Shown here one piece after another: positions 39,901 through 52,189 of a stretch of DNA of 64,000 bases. The notes under the pieces are model-generated. The model saw only the letters and a list, made by a program, of their open reading frames with translations, was not told the DNA's origin and ran no database searches. The stretch is taken from assembly GCF_006345805.1 (NCBI RefSeq), contig NC_043010.1, positions 57,040,001 through 57,104,000 of the forward strand, given 5' to 3'. Both the position numbers and the translations under genes were made by a program. The DNA is from Octopus sinensis. Its lineage: Eukaryota. How positions within the stretch are numbered: the first letter of the stretch is position 1; each line of letters opens with the position of its first letter.

Positions 39901-42900
39901 CAAACTGACAACTTTTCAGTCATGAGCTGAACACCCTAACCACTAAGTCCCGCACACACACACTGTCTGTCTGTCTCTCTCTCCCCACCTCTCTGGCCTT
40001 CTTATGTTTCTTCTCTTTGTTTCAGCCTTCACAGCAATGCCGTAAAACATGTGCTTTGATTCAGTATTTGCGGGAATGGATCCACAACCACGACAGAATT
40101 CAGGGTGAGGAAATCAACTTTGCATGTCTTGCTGAGTGACTCTCTGAGTGTGAGAGGATAATTAATTATGCCTCGTTAAGTAAATCCATAATTACAACTG
40201 ATTTCTCTTTGTTTTTACTTCTTTTCTTTAAGAAGTGGGAACTTTGTCTTCTGCGAACCATTCCACTGGCATTCAATTTACTGGGCCGAACATCATCTGT
40301 AAACAAGACATGTGGTGGACTGACCAATTATTTCTTCATTCTGTCTACTACATTTACTGGAATATCACCTACAGCCACAAACAGCCTTCCCCTGGACCTG
40401 TTGTTGTTCTGGTCTCGGTGAAACAAAACGATGACCAAAAATGGCACATTGTTGCAAATGTAAGTAAAGAAGAGCTTTTCTTTTAAGGTAATGCTCATAG
40501 CCCTTTTGGGTTCTCAGGGAGTCTGTTGTGTGGCCCCAAGTGAGGAAAGACACTTTAGTTACAAACATCAAGGGAACATCTATAGACAGTCTTTCGACCT
40601 GTCAGAAATACCAGCCAAATGTCCTTTGCTGTGTGACCTGTCGTATTAGAGCAGAAAGGGTTGGTAAAAGAATCTGAAATTCTATTGGTTTAATAATTGT
40701 AGGGAAAAACATAGGTAATGGAGTGGATAAGATCCTGGATACTTGAAGTTGTTGGATGTGAAGATTGGTGAGGGCAGGGGAGTATTTAAAAGAAAGTGGG
40801 CTGGGTGGGGGTGGAATTGCTGTGAAATCTCTCACAAATTATAGCTTTTTATCATATAAAGAGAAAGGCACAGAGGACAAAGGAGTTTCTGACAAATGGT
40901 GGTCATAGTTGGAATGTCTTTTATCAGGTCTGATCCAGAAATAAATGACAATAGTCTGAGGATGCCAGGTGAAATGCTTAGCGGTATTTCGTCTGTTGTT
41001 ACATTCTGAGTTCAAATTCTGCCGAGGTCAACTCTGCCTTTCATCCTTTCAGGGTCGATTAAATAAGTACCAGTTACGCACTGAGTCGATGTAATTGACT
41101 TAATCCCTTTGTCTGTCCTTGTTTGCCCCTCTATGCTTAGCCCCCTGTGGGCAATAAAGAAATAAATATTTGTCCTCTTTTTCTATCTTTCAACCCACAC
41201 CAACTGTCTGTTCCCTATTTTTAGCTGTTCTTACACCAACTGATGTCCCCTATTCCTAACCCCTCAATAACTGATTGTGCCCTATATCTACACTTTACAG
41301 CCTCTGCCTGTCTTCTAGATTATAACTCCTCTTCTCCACTAACTGTATCTTCTCTATGACCATCAATCTTTCATTTTTCCTGTAGACCAGTCGTCCCCTT
41401 TTCCCAGTGAAATTGGACAACAATATGAGGTACTCTCTACACTTGACAGCTGTCAACCAGCATGGTGTTGTTGGTATGGGCTCGACAATATGGACAACAC
41501 ACATACCAGGTAAGGACAGTTTGGTCACCAAATACTCAATACATGTGTCAGGTCAGGTACTTTATGCTAGTGGTATCATGCAACCCAGTAGAGATCATTT
41601 CGTAATTAGCATCTGATATGGACCTCCATTTAGTTTAAAAGGTGAGCAAGGTTTGTGGACACCAAGCAGGATTAAAAATACTACTTGTGAGAGAGTATAA
41701 GAACCTGTCACTGAGAAACCGACCTGAACCCTGAAAAGGGAGAGAAGACAGGGACCATCACTAGGTAGTGCCAAATTCTGAACTGATTAGGGTCCAAGAT
41801 AAATTCTTAATTTGGCTGATAACTGGATAAGACAAAGTGGGAGACTGGCTGCAACTGTTATGGCCTCCTTAACTGATGGAATTTGAATGAAAGGATATCG
41901 TCATTGGTAAGGATAGAGTGATCAAGTGGACTGGGGTTTGAACTAGCTAAATCTATTGAATGGGCTGAACTTGTAATTCAAAGGATCCACGTTGCCACAT
42001 GCTGTGCCCAGGAGCTTTACATTAGAGTACAGATGTTTGTCCAGTACTCTACTACTTATATGCTAATTTAGTGATCACAAAGTTCATCTGAGCCAACAAT
42101 TTGAATTCTCTTTTATCAAAACCAATCAGCATGTGGAGTGTGTGTGTGTGTGTGGGGGTTAAAAGGCTGCTGCTGTTAAACTGGTATGTGAAGCGAAAAC
42201 CCCTTCTAGTATTTATCCTCCCACTGAGGATCACAACTCTCCATCCTCCATTGTCATTATTGCCACCAGTGACTCAATGGTTGATCCATTGGTCTGCTTG
42301 TGTTGACCAAAAATTGACAGACACCAAATAAAAGAATTGACCATTATAGTAGCGGTGCAGCAGTTGGATTGAGGTGAGAGAGAAAAGGTGGGTGACTGGC
42401 TCAAGAGAGAGGAAGATGGTCAGTCTGTTTTGGACTGCACGACTGGCCTTTCCAGCCATGTAGTGACCATGATTATGAACATTTTACAAATAGAAACTGA
42501 AAACCCCTTAAATCACACTCTTTGAAAAATAGTTCCTCATGGGGTATTTGTAGTCTTAGAAGTACAATATTTGAAAATAAAAAGGTGGGACAGTCATATC
42601 TGGAAACTATTTGATCATATGCCTTTGATAAAGTTTGCTGTAGGGCTAAACAGCAACAACTTCATCGTTGTATATTATTTCTCACTTCCTCCTCTTCTCT
42701 TTCCAGACCACCCCTTACCACAACCCATCCACAAGCTGGAGCTGATGGGACATGCCCTGAAGGAAGACACTATTACAGCCAAAATAAAATGGCAAACGAA
42801 ACAAGGTGAATAAGGTTTTCCTTTCATTGCTTTGATGTCTTTTCCATGGCACACTGTCACATAACACTGGCACACTTCTGTCACACTGTAACATGCCATT

Positions 42901-45900
42901 GTCACACTGATATCCTGTCTTCTCTTCTATTCTCAGACCAAAGCTGTTTCTATAAACTCAAATGGACCTCCTCCACTAAGGAGTTCAACTCGAAGAACCT
43001 TGGGGTGAGTATAATTACTGTGATGATGATGATGATAGTGGTGGTGGTGGTGGTGGTGGTGGTAGTGGTGGTGGTTGTGATGATGGTGGTGATTGTGGTG
43101 GTGGTGGTTGTGATGGTGGTGATTGTGGTTGTGAAAGTGTAATAATAATAAGAGAACTCAGAGAATGCAAACCTCCACCAAGGCAACACCAACGTCCTCT
43201 CAACAATTAACCAGAAACGATTTTTAAACTGAGAATATCTGAAATAAATGCAACTGCTCTCACAAATACTAAAAATGAACCCAACTGCTCTCAAAAATTA
43301 AGTGAAAAAGCAGGGAAAAATAATCCGGAATCCTTGTCCGGTACTGGATCAATCCCAAAATTTAATCAGTTTATGTGAGTCACGAGGCCAAACATGCCTG
43401 AAAGTTTCATCTGAATCCACTCAGTGGTTCGTGAGATATCTTGTCCATGGACAAACAAACAAACATGACTGAAAACAATTCTTCTACCTTCGCTAACGTG
43501 GAGGTAATAATGGTTTCAAATTTTGGCACAAGGCCAGCAATTTTCGGGTAGGGGTTAAGTCAATTACACCGACCCCCAGTGCTCGGTATGTTTTCTATCG
43601 ACACAGAAAGACTGAATGAAATGCTGGTCAGCATTTTGTCCGGCCTGCTAATACTTCTGCTAGCTTGTTGCCATAGTACTTCATTTCATTGACCCCAAAA
43701 GGACAAAATGTGAAGTCTGACTTCAATGAGATTCCTGGAAACTTTCTTACAAATAATGGCATTTCTTCATCAGAATTTCTGATTTCAAAAGTGAAAATGA
43801 ACCACTGACACCATTTTATAGAAAAAGAAATGTTTCCAACAAATTAGTGCTGCAAATTTGCATAATTCCTTGCTGCCTTGATTAGAATTGGACTAAGTTA
43901 AATAGTTATAATGTTTTAAATACATGTAAATAATTTGTCTTTTTTTCCTGACTGGTTTTACAGAGGTTTTACTCAATAAATCTGCAGCATTTTGCTTTAG
44001 GATGGTGAGTGGGGTGCCTGGGGATAAAAATACTGAATCAGTAATCTATTATCAATTCATTATATCTTATTCTATCTTAATATTTGTCAGACAATGAAAA
44101 GGTTGAGTCCGAATCCTAGCTGGGCTGTGATTAGGGCAGTCATCGGCCATAATCTGGTTCAGAGTAGAAATAATAATATTAGCAATACAATGATGTGTAA
44201 GAGTCTGTTTATGTCTGTGTCTCTCCTAATAATGATATCTCTGTATTTTTTTCCTCAGCTGCCCCTCAAACCAGAATACACCATAAAGGGTCTTCACTTC
44301 TCTGACCGCTACAACTTATCTCTGATGACCACTAACCAGCAGTTTAGCCAGTTCAGTATTCCAGTAAATATATCTTTCGCCACACCGTCCTGCCTCACAC
44401 TCACCAATTTTAGTTACACTCAGTGTGGTAAGTACTCTCCACCCCCACTCTCACTCACTCTCTCTCTCTATTTAACAATATAATTATTAGTAAGTATGCT
44501 TGTAACTATTTTGTAGTAAATATAAAATCTAAATCGTGAATACTTCTTTTATGTCATTAAAAAAAACAATTGCAATTACACACACACACACACACACACA
44601 TGGATGGATGTAATACTGAGTATGGCTTTAAATGAGACCTGGTAGTGGGGCTCTGGTTGGGGAGTTCCAGGGTTTTGAGGGGTGTGACACTTCCTCTTAA
44701 CCACTATTGTCCACACATCTACTCTGAGCTAGAGTTGTAGCACCTTTTAGGGTCCCAGCTATGGGATAACGATTAATATGTGATGACACTTTGAGTGCAT
44801 AGACACAGAAATACCCTTGGTTGGTGTCAGGGCACACAGTAAAATAACCAGGAGAGAAGGACCCCTAGCTGTTGTCACAGTATCTTCGTAGGAGAGGGAC
44901 ACTCGTGTAAAACCTGCAGGCCATCTTGCTTCAACCTGTCATGGGGCAATAATCATGGAGACTCACAGAGTTGCATTTCTGTTGTACAAGTGTCTATCAC
45001 TCTGATCCATAAAGACATCTCTTGATGATGGGAGCTCATTTGTCATTCTTTCTACTGCAAGTGGCAACGGAGGAGGCTGACCCGATCAGTTGGAAGGACA
45101 TAGTTAAATTACAACTTTCAACAGTCGCTTATGCCTTCAAACCATGCACAACTGCAATGGGGATTAAATAATTATCTGGGAGGTCATGGACGGAATGTCA
45201 AAAATGTCATTGACAAGGAAGCACACAAGGAGATGGCAACCACCTGTTAAGATGGAGCAATCACCATGTATTCTCTTTTCTCTTTTACTTGTTTCAGTCA
45301 TTTGACTGTGGCCATGCTGGAGCACCGCCTTTATGTATGCATACTTAAACTAATTAATTATGCGGATTATTAACTTAAATTTACAGCGAAGCCCCATTTA
45401 TTTATTTATTTATTTATTTTAGTTTTACCTCCTTCCCCGCTGCTTCCCTTTTCCTCCCACTTCCCTCCACTTCACCATACCAACTGTTATTATTCTCACT
45501 GCCCCTCCCCCTCACACTTATCGTCTAGTTTCAACGTCGTTGCAGACGCCAGGGTAAACAACCCATGCAGTAACAGAGTGGTGTCCCTTGAAATCAGATC
45601 TTTTTTTTTTTTTTCTATGTCGGTCTGATTAAAAGAAATTGCTGCAATTACCTCAGCCGCCAGTTGTCTAGAAATTCCACCTACGAAATTCTGTGTAATA
45701 ATGCCCTAGGTACGTACACACACACACCCACCTATACACACACGAAGTATATCTATATATAATCTCTTTCCAACCAGCTCCAGAATCCGTCCGTGACCTC
45801 CATTCCTGGAAAGCAGAAGTCAACAGAAATGGAAGCAACAGTTCAATTGTCCATATCAAGTGGAAAGCGCCTGCCCACCTCTCACACAGAAACCCAATTA

Positions 45901-48900
45901 CCGGATACTTGGTCTCCTGGACGAAACTGGTGCCCCTTCTACAGGCACCTTACATAAAACCAGACAAGGCTAGAATTCAACTGCCACCAGTATGTTTTCT
46001 ATCATTTTACTCTTCAAAATATAAAATTCGTTGGTCGTGGGGTTAAGTTGTTGGCTTTCAGACCTATAGTCAATAAGTTCAAATCTTAGTTTAACCTTCA
46101 TGTTGGATCTCTGCTTAATAATTTTCTATGTATCAGTTTGCCTGGCAAACAAGTCCCGTGTTGAGTTCACAAATGATTGGTTAATGGTTGGAAGATTAAC
46201 CAGTTATCAAGACACAGTGCATTCACCCCTTTAGGTCAGAAGGTCACCTCCATACAGGTAAACTATACTGTCAGAAGGAAATTGAGGAATTTGTAGGCCC
46301 CAGCAATTACAAGTACCATGAGGGGTTCGTTCATAATTTCAATAACATTTTATTCAATCTCTGGAGGCTCTCCTGTTGGTGCTTGCCCCCTCAGATGCAG
46401 CCCCTAGAAGCCATACCTTAATTCAGCAATGAAAAATACTATGATTATGGTATTGGTGGTTGTTTAGCCCTAGGTCAACTTTGAGCATATATATGGTCAA
46501 AGCTGTTCCACTTTTGACCAACCTGTTTTTTTTAAAACTTTCCATGGTTGCTTTTATGTGCCATTTGCGTGACACTGGTATCTGCCACAACTGCGATTTT
46601 GCTTGGCATGTTGGGTCTTCTTTGCAAGCATGACATAATGCCAAAGGTCTCAGTCATTGCCTCCATGATGCTTAACATTTGCAAGGAATTCAGTTACTTT
46701 GATTCTGTGAGGCACAACGCTTGAAAAGTGCTCTTTATGTGCAACTGGCATGGATACTAGTTACATGACACCAGCATCAGTCATGACTACAATTTCACTT
46801 GGCTTGACGGGTCTTCTCAAACACAGCATATTGCCAAAGGTCTTGGTCACTGGTCATTACCTCTGTGAAGCTCAGTGTTTGAAGGTCATGTTTTACCACT
46901 TCATCCCATGTCTTCCTGGGTCTACCTCTACCACAGTTTCACTCCACAGTTAGAGATCGGCAATTCTTTACACAGCTGTCCTCGTCCATATGCATCTCAT
47001 GACCATACCAACGCAGTCATCTCTTTTGCACGCAACATCTGATGCTTCTTATGCCTAACTTTTCTCTCAAGATGCTTGCACACTGACATTGCACATCCAG
47101 TGAAACATACTGACTTCATTTCTTTCAAGCCTGTGCATGCCCTTGGCTGTCACAGCCCATCATTCACTGCTGTGTAGCATAGCTATTTGCATACAGGCAT
47201 CACACAGTCTGCCTTTCACTCTGAGGGAGAGGTCCTTTGTCGCCAGCAGGGGTAGTAGCTCCCTGAACTTTGCCCAGCTTGATCTTATTTTCACAGCTGT
47301 GCTCTCAGAGTATCCACATCTGCTACTAACTTGGTCATTTAGATAATTATTTTTAAACTGGTAGAATGTGAAAGGACGAAAATTTGGTTGTTATTTCTAG
47401 TGGCCCTTGTAACTACATAGAGGTTCCTTTGTTGTGTTCACTGATAATGATGGTTATGATGATCATGAGGAGGAGGAGGAGGAGGAAGAAGAATATAAGC
47501 CGTAGAAAAGCTATTTCAAGATTAGTAGCTGCTAAGGTTCAAACCTTACCTCACCTCACTTTCATGTGCATGTTTATAGCTGTTGGGGAGTCCCCGAAAG
47601 ATTTAGCTGGGCTTTGGGCTCCCTCTGTTATCAATCTAGGCCCACTGCTTATCTCATTGCCTGATGTTCTTTCCTACATCTGACAGGGTCCGACTCAAAC
47701 ATTAATCTCCATCTAACTTTATATTAGCATGTTTTCATCTTCCTTATCTTCTCTGTCAGGGGGCCCTTACCTGTGTCCTAAAAGATCTACAACATGGCTA
47801 CCAGTACAAAGTAATCGTGCAGACAGTCTCGAAAGGAGGCCTCAGTCAACCAAATGCCATTCTGCTGCAACCTGACAGTAAGTCGTTACCTTTATTCGTA
47901 TATTCTATTTTTTAATTTCAACTGATGGACAAAAGGGAGTTTGGTCACAGGTTCTGATGGTGATTGTGACAGTAGAGTGTCTGCGTAATGTAGAGTGGAC
48001 TAAATACCACAAGGTACTGTTCATGGCACCATCAATTTCACTCTTCTTGCCAATATAGGTGCAGGCAGGCATAAGGCGGAGAGCTGGTAGAATTGTTAGC
48101 ACCTGGACAAAATGCTTAGTGGTATTTCACTTTCTTTAGGTTTTCAGGTCGACTTTACCCTTTCATCCTTTCAGGATTGATAAAATAAGTACCAGTTATG
48201 TACTGGGGTCGATGTAATCGACTTACTCCATCCCCGAAATTGCTGGCCTTGTACCAAAGTTTGAAACCGATATAAGTAGAGGCTTGGCTGCCAAACCTTC
48301 ACTTCACAACTATTTATCCGGAGTTCAATCTCACTGCATAACTTCTACTATAGCTCCAGCCTGGCCAGTGCCTTGAAAACGGGATTTGGTAGACAAACTG
48401 TGCAGGAGCATGTCACGTGTGTGTGTGTGTGTGTGAGTGTGCATACATGTGTTTATTTACATGAGTCTAAGCATTGTTGTTTGGGTCGTGTCCCTAACTT
48501 AACATTTCAACAAAATTGCTCAATAAAATATGTGCCCAACTGAATAAGCACTGGAGTGGAAATTATTGATTAAAACCATTGAAGGAAATGCCCCAGCATG
48601 GCCATAGTCCAATAGCTGAAACCAGTAAAAGAAAACACCATACATACACACACACACTTTATTTGTAGGTTAACAAGCAACCAATGGTTTTATGTGAAGT
48701 GATCTACACGATTGTTCAAGTGTATCACATTGAAGTGTTGGTACTTGTCTCCATTTTGGATGAGAATACATGAGGTTACATAAGACTGAATGAGATTTAG
48801 AAATAAATACACAGATCACAGGAGGTAACTTCTAAGAATATCTTCATTTCATTGTCTTGTTCCGTCTTGTGTAACCATATGCATTCTCATCCAAAATGGA

Positions 48901-49050
48901 GATGAGTACCAACACTTCAATATGGCACTCTTGAACAGTTGTGAAGCTCTCTTTGCATGAAACCATTGATTGCTTTTTTAACTCATAAATAAAGAATATT
49001 TATCCACCAGTGCAGTGTTGAATACTTATTCTCGTTGTTAGAGATTAGCA

Positions 49051-49117
<67 letters not shown>

Positions 49118-52100
49118 ATATAAGGGTACAGGACGTCACCAACTGTGTAAACAACATGAAATACGAAAATAAACGAGTTAAATATGCAAACAACAAGAGA
49201 AAAAAATCGAAAACAGGACAAGTAACACTGAGAACTACCCTTCATCAGTTGTCGGCTATCTGTCTACTCCTCATTTCGAGCATTGAACAACCATTTGAGT
49301 CTTCAGGGATAGTTGCTCCCATCAGTACCAAAATAAAATTTAGGATTTATGGAGGGTCAAAGTTGGGAACAAAAACAGGACAGTGGAGACATACAAGGAA
49401 ACTGAACGAAAACAAATATGGAGGGTCATTAGACCAGAACAAGAGGAACATAGTGAACCCTGGGAGAAACATTTTATATATACATATATATATATATACA
49501 TGCATACACACACACACACACACACGTACACACAGCCATGATGGGCTTCCACATGGTTTCCATCTACCACATGGTTTCCATTCTTAAGGCAACTTCTTAA
49601 CCTGAGAAATGCTGAGATGTGGAATGATACCTAGAACTAGGCAGGTGCAAAGTGAACTCCTTTGCCCACCTCCATACCCCTGCCCATTTATCTTCAACAT
49701 GTCTATTGTTTATTTATTCTGAGATATTTCTACATCTTCCAGCCACATGTTCCACCACAACAGATGTTATTTCACTGCTCTACACTACAGATGTCATCCT
49801 GTCTTTGCTGTCATCTGAAGTACATCTGGTGTGGATGTTACTTTCAATGCCTCCTGTTTATTCCAGTCGACAGGTCCTTCTTGTGGCCCGTTGAGCACTT
49901 TCATACCAGTCCCCTACTGCTGAAGCAGGAATTCAATGTTTCTGTCAGTTGTTGTTGTTTAACCCTCGGCCAACCTTGATCAAACAAATCTATCATGAAA
50001 TATATTCTGTGACCAACCTTCACTGCAGCATTGTGTTTCAAGGACTGCATTAAGATAGTAATATGTAATTTGAGGGAGATTTCTCTGTTATTTCTAGCAG
50101 TCTGTTTTACCTAGCGGCTCCTCAGTTTCCTAGTCTGTTGACATTCTGTTTCTTATCATTGATGTCTGCAAGAATTCTCAGTGCTAGAAACTGTTACGTA
50201 TCTACAAAGAGACAGACACAATACAACAGATAACTCTGTTGCGTATTATTTTGATTGTGGCCCAGCTGCAGCACAACATTAAAAAAAGATTTAAATCAAA
50301 GTTAGCTGACACTGACATCAATCTGAGCACATTTTCTGGTGTTTTTGGTGATTTTCGTCTTTAGTTGCATTAATTAAGAAAGACCAACACTCATAACATT
50401 TTAATATTCATTGTTCAATAATTAGTTTGGAAGTTTGGGTTCGATCTCAATCAGCAATCAATCCCATTTACGTTTTTATTTAATTGTTGTTGTTTTTGTT
50501 GTTGTTGTTGTTGTTGTTAATGTTTGGACATGTTGTATGGGTGATGAGATGTGAAAATATGTCTGCCAATGGGGTCTTGGTGGCTGGGTCAACGTTTATT
50601 TGGAAGGGGTTGAAGTTCCTCTCCCTGTCACATAAATAAATCTACTCAGTGTCTGAATCACTCTTATGATTCTATCTTCTAACGAACTCAGATAATTATC
50701 ATAGATTTAGTTTGTTGGAACATACAAGTGGCTGTAAATGGAATGAAAAGTTTGTATTCCTCATGTGGAAAGCTGTTGTGTGAGGAGAAGAACGATTCCA
50801 AATTAACGAAGCAATTCTTAACTGTTGCTAATTAATTCAATGTTTTTTTTTTATTTAATTACAGATGTTATGACATTGGATCCTGTGGAGCGGAGGTTTG
50901 TGACAACACTCTGTGAGTTGTGTCATAGTTCTTTGTTTATGAGGACATTTATCACTGCTTGTCATCATCATCATCATCATCATCATCATTCTCATCATTG
51001 TTTGTTGCTGTCTTCATCATGTATCCCTTCATCATCATCACCACCACCATCATCATTGTCATATGAAAGTTTTGCAGTTTCCCTTCTTATATTTGTTGAC
51101 ATCTTTTTCTCATTGTGGCCAAAGAATTCTTTTCAGTTTCTGCACTCTGCTGATCTCTATTTCAAGATATTTGTGTTTCAAACATTTCTCCAATTCTTTC
51201 AGATGATTATTGTTGTTCTTATTGACATTATTATTGTTGTTATTATTGACATTATTATTGTTATAATTATTATTGTTGTTGTTATTTTATTGTCCTTGCA
51301 CAGCTTCTAAAGCTGGGGATGTACTACGGTGTCAGCTGTTCACTACCTGTGAACTAAGGTAGTAACACCTCTTATTTATGCACCACATACAGGCTCTGTT
51401 GTCGGTCTGTCTCAGTAATAATTTTATTGTTATTTAGCCTCAAATCGACCCTGATACAGCAAACCTATGTTGTTATGTTGCTGTAAAAATATCTCTGGTT
51501 ATTAAAGAAGGATTTTGTTAGGGGAGTGGACCTGGAAATTGTTTGCAAACAGCAGCAGTAATTTTCTTCAGTTGAATACATGCCATTGATTGGTTAAAAT
51601 TACCCAGATATGACAACTTGAACACAAAATAACTTCTCAAATACAAAAGTTTGTCAAAAACGTTAAGAGTAAACCCTGTTAGATGTGACACATTCTACCA
51701 GTGTCCAAAGTTTCAAAGTGTTTAGTTAAAAAAAAAATTAATTAAAAAATCTGGCCACCAAATTGAATAGATCCAAGGTAAGGAAAGAAAAGGAGAGTAA
51801 AGTTTTCACAGAAAATTGTAGATATTAAAGTTTTAAAATTTACTAAAGATGATCTTTTGTATGTCTGAACAGAGAAAACTGTTCTTCGAATACTCATGGA
51901 GAAAGGAAAGGATAAGTATTCACAGAAGTTGTAGATATTAAAGTTTTTAAAGCTGATTGTTTGAATTTTTGAAAACAGTGGATATGTAGGTTTCTTAACT
52001 TATTCTGAGGGGAAATTTAAATTACTCACAGGAAATTGTAGATATTCCAGTCTTTGAGAGTTATTTTTCAGTTGTCCTGCTGAGTTGTATCAGTGTTCCT

Positions 52101-52134
52101 GTGTGTTCAGCCACTGACTGGTCAGTGCAGAGAA

Positions 52135-52189
<55 letters not shown>

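Noticed and set aside
42846-43294. Poly-V, poly-T and poly-P ORFs
   Set aside because: Products of the GGT/GAT microsatellite; only 42937-43004 is exonic.
46030-46100. tRNA-like sequence
   Set aside because: Degenerate A/B boxes and no complete cloverleaf; consistent with a SINE head.
49120-49475. Minus-strand CTGATGA motif (about 49242-49248) as a hammerhead ribozyme of a Penelope-like element, and the 177-aa ORF at 49054
   Set aside because: No GAAA closing a stem II after CUGAUGA; the ORF starts in a microsatellite and has no domain. Probably an unclassified interspersed repeat.
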